A DNA stretch of 63,207 nt, filler included, from Welwitschia mirabilis (lineage: Eukaryota), in NCBI GenBank assembly GCA_051453625.1. It is 5 parts of one record of this genome, joined end to end, with 100 filler letters (N's around TTAATTAATTAA, not from the genome) between each part and the next. Parts side by side here need not be neighbours in the genome. Positions count along the whole stretch, not along the records: positions 49,746 to 61,781 come from JBOZIK010000001.1; positions 61,882 to 63,207 come from JBOZIK010000001.1; 3 more parts are not named here. One strand, 5' to 3'. Of this stretch, positions 51,721 to 63,207 are shown piece by piece (position 1 is the first letter of the stretch; each line of letters opens with the position of its first letter). The notes beneath the pieces are model-generated. The model saw only the letters and a list, made by a program, of their open reading frames with translations, ran no database searches and was not told the origin of the DNA. Position numbers and translations under genes: made by a program.

Positions 51721-54700
51721 CATGTTTTGTTACTGAAGACACGGTGGGACGTCCAAATATTATTGTTGGAACACCTGGAACTAATAGTAACCTCTGAGCA
51801 TCATGTGGGACATTTGACCATATTAACTGGGACGTCTAAACCTCCTTGTGGGCTGATCAAGTTAGGACGTCCGATTGTGATATCTAGGACGTTCGACGAT
51901 CTTTGCAATCTGATAAAACTAGGACGTCCAACCTTATGATCCAGGACGTCTAACATTTAACATAGACAACAGACATGACCATGGGACATCCAAGATGACT
52001 TTTGGGACATCTATGAAGATGGACGTTGAGCACAGATTTCAAATTAGATCTAGTCTAAATCACTCATTCCAAGGTCTAAATAGTTATCAAATGATGCCTG
52101 TGGCACATTTACCTTGGGTCCTAAAAAACATGATTGATTACACCAGCTACACTGATGAAATATTTAAATAGCCATGTAATTTGTTTTCAAAGGTTACTGA
52201 CTCTTGGAAAGAAAAAAGGACAAGTGAACTGTCTCAAGAAAAGAACTATCTTTCTATGCTTACCTACATTCATCGTTTGTGTGAATGAATTGTTGATGTA
52301 CTATGCACTGATAGGCACCATTCCATCAGATCCCTACAAAATCTCCTTTTAAAGAAGCTCACTACACTAAGCTATTGCTTGTGAGTAGATCTCTCGTGAG
52401 AAGGGATTTGTAATTTTGGTTGAAGGTCTTAAAGGAGCCAAGATGCTCATAGCAGTTGCTGCCTCTTGAGAGTGGACTAGGTAGAGTTGCCGAACCACTA
52501 TAAATTGTCTAGTGCACTATTTATTGTTTCATTCCATCTAGTTTTCTTAAGGTTACAACTTTAGCCTAAGTTCATCATCTATTTTTATTTATGAAAAAGT
52601 AAAAAAACCCTATCCATTCCCCCAGCACCCCCACCGCTTCCCCTCCTCTTTTCCGCCCCACCAAAACTCTAAGGTGCTTCTGGATCCTAATAATTTGGAT
52701 AAGAGCTTGGTTGCTCTAGATTAGTATATATTTTGTTTTGAGGTACACCCTAAAATCCCTTCTTCAAGTTATGCAGAAGGTTGTCCATTTCAAGACCTCC
52801 CTTGTTTTTAGGAACATATTATGCGTAGTGGAAAATGAAGATGGCAATCTTCACGTAATTTCTCAATTGCAACATGTGGGAGATGGTTGAGTTCAGGTAT
52901 GTCATTCTCACCAAGGCAATACATGGAAAACAGATTCGAAAGCCCAAAAATGAGTGGGATCCTGATAATAAGAAATATGCACAGATAAATGCCAAAGCCA
53001 TGAACGCTTTGATCTGTGCTTCATTTCCATATGAGTACAATAGAGTAGTTCAGTGCATAACTTCTCAAGAAATTTGGGAGACTCTAAGAGTGGCTCGAAC
53101 GTTGTAAAAAATGCAAAATACAGATGTTGGCCACTCAATTGGAAAATATTAGAATGGAAGAGTAAGAGACAGTTGCAGAATATACTTCGGAAAAAAAATG
53201 ACATAGTAAACAACATGTGGGATCTAGGAGAGGCAGTCCCTCAAAATAAAGTGGTCCGGAAAATTCTCAAAAGTCTCACCTAGAAATTCAGACCTAAAGT
53301 TACAACTATAGAAGAAAGCAAAAGTATTGACAAAATTTGAGTTGAAGAATTTAAAGGATCCCTTATGGGATACGAACCTTCCTTACAATTTGAAAAGGAG
53401 CCTTCCAAAAAGAAAAAGCTTTAAAAGCTCTCATTAAGGATGAAGAAGACAACCATTCCAGTGAAGATTTGGAAGATGATGATTTAGCCCTATTGGCTTC
53501 ACAAAATTTCTTCACAGAAAAGAAGGAAGCAATCCAAGAAGATTTATCAAACAAAGTAATGAAAAAGGTAAAAACTCTTCCACATCTATTCAATGTTTTG
53601 AATGCAAAGGTTTTGCCATGTAGCTTCAGAATGTGCTAAGAAGAAGAAAAAGAGAAAGGACGAAGGTGAAAAGGCATTCAAGGCTACATGGGATGACGAT
53701 TCTCTAGATGAAGATGTCGACTCTAGTGAGGAAGAAGAATTGCTTAACTTTGGACTTGTCTCAATGTTAGATGAAGTACGTGACACAACAACTTATTGTT
53801 TTGTATCCTCTGTTTTATGCAAAGAAAATGAACAAGGTTGCTCTAAAATCAATGAAGGAGGCTATGTAGATTTAGAATTGGATTACAATGAATTATTAGA
53901 CGCCTATGAGAAGATAGACACACTCAGTTCAGATTTAGGTAAAAAGAATGTAGCTCTTAGACAACAATTAAGCGAGTCTGAATTTAAACTGAATGCGGCT
54001 TACTAGAAAATAGAAACTTTAGTAAAAGATTTACAGGATGCAAGAACTATCACTAATCGTTTGACTCAAGGAAGAGACAATCTCAATAAGCTACTAGGAA
54101 TAGGTAGGTCTCCTATTATTAAATATCAATCCTTTAAAAAGGTAAGTTTGAAATATCATCATTGCAATAGATGTAGTCATGTGCAATTTTCATGTCGCTA
54201 CAAGAAATCCTTTTCCTTTGGGTCTAATAATTATTGGACATTTTCTACCAAATTCTCTAATCAATTGGGGCAAAACAAAAGAAAGCCCAACTTGCAATGG
54301 ATTAGAAAGGAGTCTATAGCCTCCCTTTTTGCTCATGATGCTTTCAAAGTTCAAGAAGAAACCAAATGGTACTTAGATAGTGGTTGTTCATGGCACATGA
54401 CTGGTAATAGAAGTTTACTAAACCTCTTTCCAGAAATACAATGGAGGTGAAGTTACTTTTGGGGATAATGGAAAAGGACATATCATTGGCAAAGGATTTA
54501 TGGCAGCAAGTGATCACCATCCAGTAATCCATGATGTCTATTTAGTTGATGGTCTTAAACACAACTTACTGAGCATTTCTCAAATTTGTGATAGAGGTAA
54601 CATTGTTTCTTTGTATTAAGACAAATGTATTATTCATAATGCTGTAACTAATGATATTGTTCTCTCTAGTAGTCGATTAAAATGTATGTATGTTATTGGT

Positions 54701-57700
54701 AATAATGATAGGACAGGAGAAGGTTGTTATATGGTTCATACAGATGAAGTCAACTTGTGGCATAGAAGAATGGGACACATGAATATGAAAGATTTAAGAA
54801 CAATTACTACAAATGAGATTGTCAAAGGAGTTCTAAGCTAAACATATTTCAAGCTAATGTATGCAACTCATGTGTTAAAGGCAAACTTGTGAAATCTAGC
54901 TTTAAAAGCAAAAAGGATATCACCTTTAATAGACCTCTGGATCTTCTTCATATGGATCTAATTGGGCCTACTCAAACAAGGAACATAGATGGAAAAAGGT
55001 ATTTTTTAGGTATTGTTTACGATTTTTCTAGATTTTGTTAGGTTACATTCTTACCAAGTAAAGATGAAGCATTTGATATATTTACTAAAGTCAGTAGGAG
55101 AATTCAAAATTAGAAGGGATACAACATCAAGACAATTAGATCTGATCGAGGAGGTGAGTTTGATAATGACAAGTTTGAAAAATTTTGTGATATTAATGGT
55201 ATTCTACATCAATTCTTAGCTCCTAGAACTACCCAACAAAATGGAGTTGCAGAACGTAAGAACCGTGTCTTGATTGAAATGGCCCAAATAATGCTGAATG
55301 AATACTCTCTCCCACAACACATCTAGATTGAGGCGGTCAACACAAATTGCTGTGTGAGTGACAGAGTCTTCTCAAGGCAAGGGACAAAAAGGACTACTTA
55401 TGAATTATGGCAGGGAAAAAGACCTAATGTAAGTTACTTCAAAGTCTTTGGGAGTAAGTGTTCTATTCTTCAAGATAAACATCCCATAGGGAAATTTGAA
55501 TCTAAGATTGGTGATGGAATTTTTCTTGGTTACTCTTCTATTAGCAAAGCTTATAGAGTTTATAACAAAGTATCTTGCAAGGTAGAAGAGTTGGCTCATA
55601 TAAAATTTAAAGAATCTGATCAACTCATAACTTGTAGAATTGATAAAGAAGGTGAACTGCACTATAAATCCTATACATTTAATACTAACAATCAGGCCTC
55701 TTCTTTCAAGAGAAATCAGTGAAGACAAGGAAACTTATAAGTGTTCGAATCTTCCCTTAAGGACAAAAAAAGGATCATTCTCAAGAGAATGTGGTTAGTG
55801 ATGCTAGTTTGAGAACAACCACTAGGAGTGGCAAGCACATAAGTACGAGCTTTCTTTATTTACTTTCTGATTTTGAACTTAAGTCATTCCAAGAAGCTGA
55901 ACAAGATGAAGTATGGATACTTGCTATGCAAAAGGAGCTAAATCAATTTGAAAGGAATAAGGTATGGAATTTAGTTCTTGCTCCTCAAGCTAAGCACATC
56001 ATTGGAACAAAGTAGATATTTAAGAACAAAAGAGACAAAAATCACAAGATCATTAAAATAAAGCAAGATTGGTTGCCAAAGGATATAGTCAACAAGAAGG
56101 AATTGACTATGGAGAGGCATTTGCACCTGTTGCTAAAATAGAGGTGATTCGCATGTTATTGGCCTTTGGAAATAGATGTCAAAAGTGCCTTTGTAAATGG
56201 TTACATAAATGAAGACGTGTATGTTGCCCAACCTCTAGGCTTTGAAGATCCAAAGTTCCCTAATCATGTCTTCAAGTTAAAGAAAGCTCTATATGGCTTG
56301 AAACAAGCTCCTAGAGCTTGGTTTGATAGGTTAAACTCCTGCTTGGTTTCTAAAGGCTTTTCAAAAGGTAATGCTGATCTTATTCTATTCATTAAGCATG
56401 AGGCTAAAGATATTCTAATAGCACAAGTCTATGTTGATGACCTAGTGTTTGGTTCAACCAAGACCTTTCTCTCCTATGATTTTGCCAAAACTATGCAAGA
56501 AGAATTTGAGATGAGTTTCAGAGGGGAACTAAATTGCTTCTTAGGTCTTTAGATCAAGCAAATGAAAGATGGAATATTTATCAATCAATCGAAATATATT
56601 CGTGACATACTAATTAAGTATGAAATGCAAAACTCAAAAGAATTGAAGACATCTCTCTCCACAAAAGCCGAAATCAGCAAAGATGAATATGAAAAAAGGG
56701 TTGCTTAAAAATCATATAAAGGAATGATAGTATATGTCACAGGAAGTAGACCTAATATAGCACACAATGTGGGAATATGTGCTAGGTGTCAGTCAGATCC
56801 TAGAGAATCACACCTAAGTTGTGTCAAAAGAATTTTACAATATCTGAAGTATACTTCTAACTATGGTTTGTGGTATTCCTTTGATGCTTCTCTTGATCTT
56901 GTTGGTTATATTGATGCAAAATGGGAAGGTTGCTTGGATGATCGAAAGAGTATAAGTGGAGCATGTTTCTACCTAGGAAATTGTTTGGTGTCCTAGCTAA
57001 GTAAAAAGCAAAATACTACCTGCTTGTTTACAGCTGAAGTTGAGAACATTGCAACAGGAGCAAGCTATAAAACATATTGACATCAGACATCATTTCATTC
57101 GAGACTAGGTATAAAATCAGATAATTGAATCAGAATATGTAGGGATAAACGATCGGCTTGCAAATATCATGACTAAAGCTTTCAATGAAGAGAGGTTAAG
57201 ATACCTTGGAACTAATCTTAAAATAGTGGTATGTCCTATCAAGGTATAATTTACTATTTTATCTTATTTTGCACCTTCATTTGACATTATCTGGAAAAAG
57301 TGCGTTAGCTATGTTTCTCATTTGACTTGTGAAAATTGAGAACTATGCCAGACGTCCCAACCTTTCTTTTTGGACATCTGACTTTTTTTGTTCAAATAGT
57401 TCTACAAACCTCTTTGGATGTTCCACCAATGTTATTGTAATAGGGTATCCAACTTCACTACAAGGCCTAGAGTAAGATAATTAAGGGTCTTGGCACATTC
57501 TTCTAACCTAGATAGCAGTTTATAGAGCCCACTACTACTTAGGTATGTCTCAATGAGCACAACATTTATAAATAACTTGTGCACAGGGCGAACCATAAAA
57601 TCGATTATCCCAAGGGTTCATTGGAACCTCATATAAACATCACTTTTCAATGCCCGACCTCTTTGTATTACTTCATTTCATGAATCTCTTCGGATGCCCC

Positions 57701-57934
57701 ATAATTTTTTTCCCTGAACGTCTCACTTTTTTTTTCTTTCTATATTTTCTGTGTGCTAACTCGAACGTCTGACTTTTAGATCTCGGATGTCCAACCCTTC
57801 TCAGCAAGGCAAATTCTTTGGGATGCCCACGCTTCTTCCACCATTATTCATCCTAAACCCTCTTTGTTTTTCCTCATTTTTCTTTTGTTCTATCTCTTTC
57901 CTCTGTCATCTTCCTTGTAGTCTTCTCTTGCAAA

Positions 57935-58967
57935 ATGGTGATGTCCAAGCTTGTTGCTTGGAGAAGTGGAAAAGAATCAGCCTTCTCAAAAGAGTTTGAT
58001 TCATTTGAGAGGATCACAGGAAATATTGGATAACTTCATTTTCCAAAAGGCCTATAGCACCTAAAAGAAGGATAGACTATGAATCTTTTAGGCACGAGAT
58101 CCAAATTTGGCACAAGTTTGAAGAGTTGGGATAGCAGTGAGCATTGGAGTTAGAAGCGAAAGCTTCAGTGAAAATGTGTTGTCTCTTCTACTGCAATGGG
58201 CGTCTTGACAGGTACAATAAGAAATTATTTTATTGTTTGTATTGCAGAGATGTAGAAATATAATTGGAGGTGATTGCTGATGTTACAGGATTTCCCAATG
58301 AAGGTATTTTTCATAATATTACCTTAGTGCATTTGTTAAAGGAAGTAGTTTATATAAAAACCCTCGCCACTAGACTTTGTGGCAAGATGTTTGAATGGAA
58401 AGCCGATATTCCTACTAATCAGCTCAAACCATTTTATGGAGTTCTTTTTCAAGTATGCACTCACAATTTAGTTACTAAGCTTGGTTATAAAGATGAAGTA
58501 CCTCCACTGTGTGCATACTTAATGTTTTGCTTGGGCACTGGTATCAATATTAATTTCTGTAAGTTTATAATATTTTACATCAGTCAGCTCTTTATGCGTA
58601 CCAATGCTAGCTTACCTTTTGGAGGACTCATCACTACTCTAGTTGTAAACTTGGATTTTAGAGTTGAAAAGGACGAAGAGTTTATAAAAGTTCCTAAACC
58701 TCTTTACATATTGTCCCTTAAGAAGATGAACATCTTTTCAGAGGCAAAAGTTCCACCTTCGTAGCCGCCTTTATCAGAAAAGAAAAGACATGAAGAAGGA
58801 CAAAGCTCCAAAGGTGTCTCTAATGAAGATTTTCTTTAATCCATTCTGAGGGTAGAAAGAAAGCTTGATCGAGTTATGTTTGGCTTATTAGTCTATGGAC
58901 TTGACATACCTTTGGGCTCTGATGAGGAGGAAGAACTAGAAGCTGCAACAGATTCACCACATCATGA
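57935..58967 (+). pseudogene. Post-pol ('env-like') ORF of SIRE-D, disrupted by stops
   Basis: MVMSKL...RPIAPKRRID...LFYCNG...HNLVTKLGYKDEVP...ASLPFGGLITTLV...KLDRVMFGLLVYGLDIPLGSDEEEE...HH*. Confidence 0.85.
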
Positions 58968-59609
58968 TCCTTCAGATGGATATCTCTTTTTCCTCGTCTA
59001 TTTCTTTAACGTCAATCTTTTTGTTCTTCTTCTTTAGACGACTCTACTACCTTTTTGTAAAAATATTCCTATCCTGTATCTTCCTCTTAATCACATATGC
59101 CACTTCTTTTTTGTATCTCTATGTATCTAGTTGTTTTTCAATGATGACAAAGGGGAAGAATTTTTGAATTTAATCGAATGCTTATTTTGGGATTTTTTGA
59201 TGAATCAAATGTTTATTTTCTTTGTTTCTCTTATGCCAATATATCCTCAGGTTGGAAGATGATCAATTATGAACTCATTTATTATTATTCCCTCAATGCA
59301 ATGTGTCATTAAGAAAATTTTTGAAATGTACTGGCAAATGGACTTGTGGTCTTATCAATAAACTAAGTATGTTTAACTATAATATAATGGTTGTGTTGAA
59401 TTACTCTCGCAGAATCTAATGCATTTCATTTTAGGGAAATAGCATTCTTGATTTATGAGATGCATGCTAACAAATGATAAACTCATAATTTATCTTCTTG
59501 TCAAAGGGTTTGTGAATTCAAAGTGAGCACAACAACTTGTTATTGAGCGCCTGGCTTTCTTCCTTTGTTCTAGCTCCTCTAAAGTTGTCATCATTGAAAA
59601 GGGAGAGAT

Positions 59610-60590
59610 TGTTGACTAGAATTATAAGTTAGGTTTCAATGATGACATGTGAATTAGATCAGCAAGATAGCTTAAAATGAAATGAGCACGTTTCCTTATT
59701 AAAGACACAGTGGGATGTCCGAAAAGTATTGTTGGAACATCCAAAACTGATAGTAACCTTTGAGCATCGTATGAGATGTCTAACTATATTAACTAGATGT
59801 TCAAACCTCCTTGTAGGCTGATCAAGCTAGGACATCTAACTGTGATATTTAGGACACCCAATCATCTTTGCAATCTTATAAAACTGGGATGTCGAGCCTC
59901 ATGATCTAAAACGTCCAACATTTAACACAAATAGCAAGCCTGACCATGGGACATTCAAGATGACTTTTGGGATGTCCATGAAGATAGACGCCAAATGCAG
60001 ATGTTAGATTAGATCTTGTCTAAATAACACAATTCAAGGTCTAAATGGTTATCAAGTGAGACCTGTGGCACACTTACCTTGGGTCCTGAAAAAGATGGTT
60101 AATTACAACAACTATATTGATGAAATATATAAATAGTCATGTAATTCATTTTTTAGGGGTATTGGCTCTTGAAAAGAAAAAGGACAAGTGAACTGAATTG
60201 TGTTAAGAAAAGAGCTATCTTTGTGTACTTACTTATGTTTGTCATTTGTGTGAATAATTTGCTGATGTACTATGCACTGATAGGCATCATTTTATTAGAC
60301 CTTTGCAAAATCTCTTTTCTAAGAAGCTCACTGGGCTGAGTTGTTATGTTGTGAGTAGATCCCTCCTAAGAAGGGATTTGTAATTTTTGTTGTTGAAGAT
60401 CTAAAAGAAACCAAGAGGCTAATAGCAGTTGCTGCCCCTTGAGAGTGGAGTAGGCAGAGTTGCCGAACCACTATAAATTATCTGGTGCACTATTTTGTTT
60501 TCCATTTGATTTGGTTTCTAAGTGTTAGAATTTTAGTCTAATGTTCATTATCTATTTTTATTTACCATAAAGTGAAAAACCCTATTTCAC
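59610..60590 (+). repeat. 3' LTR of SIRE-D
   Basis: Starts tgttgactagaattataagtta exactly as at 47987 and is collinear with 51721-52615. Confidence 0.92.
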
Positions 60591-61038
60591 AAGTGAAAGA
60601 ATAAGTAAGCTTTTCTAATTTCTAACTCAAATAACTAACTATAAATAGATAGTTAGAAAAGCTTTTAGATAGACTCAAGATAGAGATCAAACAGAGATGA
60701 AAGACATTACTAGATTATGTAGGAATACAAAAAGATACAATTTTTTGTGTACTTGTATTGGATTGTGTAGATCTTTCCAAGATTCTAGAAAGTTTTGGAA
60801 AAAGGGGAAGGGGGTCTGTCCGATATATCTTTTCTTTCATACTACTTCTAAAATCAAAAAACTATAGATAGTTATGTATATCTATCTACTGTCTGAAAGA
60901 CATCCTATTTTGCTTTTTGATTTTTGGTCTTACAAGCGACCAAGGAGATTCTTACGAAAAAAATCATTTTATATTCAAAACTTAATTGTTTTCACTAATC
61001 GTAAACCAAAAAGCCCAACAAGCATTAACTCTCCCTGA

Positions 61039-61284
61039 AAAGGAGGTGATCCAGCCGCACCTTCTAGTACGGCTACCTTGTTATGACTTCACTCCAATCA
61101 CTAACCCCACATTTGTCATCCCCCTCCTTGCGGTTAAGGTAAAGACTTCAAACATGGCCAGCTCCTATAGTGTGACGGGGGGTGTTTACAAGGCCTGATA
61201 ATGAATTCACCATCGTATGGCTGACTGGCAATTACTAGTGAGTCCTGCTTCATGCAGGCGAGTTGCAGCCTACAATCCAAACTG
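61039..61284 (-). pseudogene. rrn16: Plastid 16S rRNA 3'-end fragment (nuclear plastid DNA, NUPT)
   Basis: aaaggaggtgatccagccgcaccttc...ggctaccttgtt.tgactt is the reverse complement of the 16S 3' end; plastid-type flank aagcatta.ctctccctg; many C>T/G>A changes at normally invariant positions; ends at a gap. Confidence 0.93.
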
Positions 61285-61384
61285 NNNNNNNNNNNNNNNN
61301 NNNNNNNNNNNNNNNNNNNNNNNNNNNNNNNNNNNNNNNNNNNNNNNNNNNNNNNNNNNNNNNNNNNNNNNNNNNNNNNNNNNN

Positions 61385-61440
61385 CTTGATACTATGTCGG
61401 TTTTCAAGACTGAAGCCATAAACCACTTGGCTATCTCTCC
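61385..61440 (-). pseudogene. trnS-UGA: Plastid-type tRNA-Ser(UGA) 5' fragment
   Basis: Minus strand GGAGAGATAGCCAAGTGGTTTATGGCTTCAGTCTTGAAAACCGACATAGT, with anticodon loop CT-TGA-AA; 3' part lost in the gap. Confidence 0.85.
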
Positions 61441-61517
61441 CTCAACATAACATATAGCTTTTTAGAAATCAAAATTGCCTATACATGGAATAGAATCGTT
61501 CTTCTCCCCCAATTTTA

Positions 61518-61685
61518 GCAATTGGACAAATAGATAATACTCAATCGAGTAACAAAACTTATGGTAAAGCTAGTTCGATGTGTTGGGTAGGATGTAGACC
61601 AGAAGTATGAGGAATAGCTATGAATGCTCTAGACCACCCTCACGGTGGTGGCGAAGGTAAATGCCCCATTGGAAGAAAAACCTCC
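61518..61685 (+). pseudogene. rpl2: Plastid-type ribosomal protein L2 C-terminal fragment
   Basis: [64 protein letters not shown] is the L2 signature and PIGRK is plastid/bacterial type; stop at the conserved Arg (likely CGA>TGA). Confidence 0.9.
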
Positions 61686-61881
61686 ATTTCCAATTAATTC
61701 TTGGTGAAATTTTTTTTTTTAGTTGAAGACCCTGCCTGTTAGAAAAATGCGGCAGAGCAAAAGCAAAATGCAAATATCAACNNNNNNNNNNNNNNNNNNN
61801 NNNNNNNNNNNNNNNNNNNNNNNNNTTAATTAATTAANNNNNNNNNNNNNNNNNNNNNNNNNNNNNNNNNNNNNNNNNNNN

Positions 61882-63207
61882 GGATCCTTCTTATACAAGA
61901 ATTTAATTTAACCATCATAGATAAAACAGAAAAGCATAATTCTGTTGTCGATCATTTATCTCGACTTCCTTCTCCTCTAGATGGCATTCTCATTGATGAT
62001 TGCTTTTCTAATGAGTAGCTTTTCACTATTTTTTCTTCTCATCCTCCTCCATGGTATGCTAATATTGTCAACTATCTTGTAATCATGAAAACACCATAAC
62101 ATTGGACCTATCACCAGTGTTAATATTTTTTTCATCATATAAGTGACTATAAGTGAATCAAGCCATATTTGTACCATAGGTTCAAAGAATAAATTATGAG
62201 AAAATGTGTGCCCAATTGGGAAATACCTGAGATTTTGCATCTTTGCATTAGTGGTGTTTGTGGAGGACATTTTAGTGGACATAAAATTGCCATGAAAATC
62301 CTTCATTCTAGTTTTTACTGGCATTTTATTTTTTGAGAATCATTTGATTTTGTTAGGAGGTGTAATCCTTATCAGTGTTTTCATAGCCTTGTTCATTCAT
62401 AGGAAATGCCCCTTAGAGCTATTCTTAAGTATGAGCCTTTTGATTATTAGAGTATGAATTTCATGGGCCTTATTCACCCACTTTCTTATAATAAAAATTA
62501 CATTTTAGTGGCTATTGATTACGTGACTAAATGAGTTGAAGTAATACCTACTTCTTTGAATAATGTTTTAACTGTTTATTATTTTCTTAGATCTCATATC
62601 TTTTAGAGGTTTGATTTTCCTAGAGTAATCATTAATGGCTAGGGTATTTATTTCATTAATTCACTTTTTAAGAAACTTTTTTTATCTATTGGAAATAAAC
62701 ATAGAATAGCTTATGCTTATCATCCTCATATGAATGGACAAGTTAAAAATGCTAATAGAGAAATAAAGAAAATGCTTAAAAAATTTATCTTTGTTAATAA
62801 AAAGACTTGGTCTTCTAAGTTTAATGATGTACTTTGGGCCTATCGTACAACTTGACATACTTCTCTTGGTTTCTCATCTTATGAACTTGTTTTTGGTAAA
62901 GTTTGTATCTTATCAGTTGATGTGTATTACAATTCTTATTGTACATCTCATTAACTCAATCTTGTGGACTTTGTTGAAAATCTTAAGTACAGGTTAGCAT
63001 AATTAAATCATCTTGATAAAAAAAGAATTAGTACCATACATCATTAATTAATTGATAAATCCCAAGCAAAGTTCAAACATGATAAAAGGATTTTCCATAA
63101 AAAGTTTAAACTAGGTCAACTTATTTTATTGTATAACACTAAAGTTTACCTTTTGAATAACAAGTTAACCTCTAAATGGTTAGTTCTTTATCTTATACAT
63201 AAAGTGC
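61882..63207 (+). mobile_element. Ty3/gypsy (Athila-like) RNase H end and integrase remnant, runs off the window
   Basis: LIQEFNLTIIDK...VVDHLSRL, PPWYANIVNYL, CGGHFSGHKIAMKILHSSFYW, ILVAIDYVTK*VEV, AYHPHMNGQVKNANREIKKML. Confidence 0.88.

Larger units (their letters stand above)
47987..60590 (+). mobile_element. SIRE-D: near full-length Sirevirus-type element with two LTRs; 5' LTR split by SIRE-E
   Basis: 5' LTR 47987-48065 plus 51721-52692; PBS tggataagagc 52696-52706; gag-pol ~52760-57245 ([32 protein letters not shown], short RNase H deletion ~57065); post-pol ORF; PPT gaaaagggagaga 59596-59608; 3' LTR 59610-~60590 lacking its C-rich end. Confidence 0.95.

Noticed and set aside
61039..61284. 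Bacterial contamination or a functional rRNA gene
   Set aside because: Plastid-type sequence and flank, only a fragment, with substitutions at invariant sites consistent with nuclear methylation decay.
60986..61450. ORFs 60986-61198 and 61217-61450
   Set aside because: Antisense translations of rRNA and tRNA fragments.

Overview
AT-rich, gapped draft nuclear sequence of a land plant; the species cannot be fixed from the sequence. One host gene is visible: three in-phase exons (3840-3998, 4080-4222, 25502-25588, + strand) of a eukaryote-type IMPACT/YIH1 (UPF0029 'Ancient' domain) gene. They are separated by a ~21.3 kb intron and followed by an intron that apparently runs past the window end (>37 kb). 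The introns are filled with old, decayed and partly nested transposons. These include at least five Sirevirus/SIRE-type Ty1/copia copies (four showing an extra post-pol ORF), a solo LTR, a Tork/Tnt1-like copia remnant, several Ty3/gypsy remnants (CRM-like, Tat/Ogre-like, Athila-like), LINE 3' remnants, a putative hAT-type MITE and small tandem arrays. Near the end is a mosaic plastid-DNA insertion (16S rRNA 3' end, trnS-UGA, rpl2 pieces). No retroelement reading frame is intact. Four N44-TTAATTAATTAA-N44 blocks are assembly linkers. The most notable signals are the IMPACT-type gene with giant TE-filled introns, a conserved ~340-codon post-pol ORF that looks nuclear rather than envelope-like, and GGACGTCC palindrome pairs at a fixed 21-22 bp spacing in both the LTRs and the spacer before that ORF. 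All identities are by-eye motif recognition; no searches were run.
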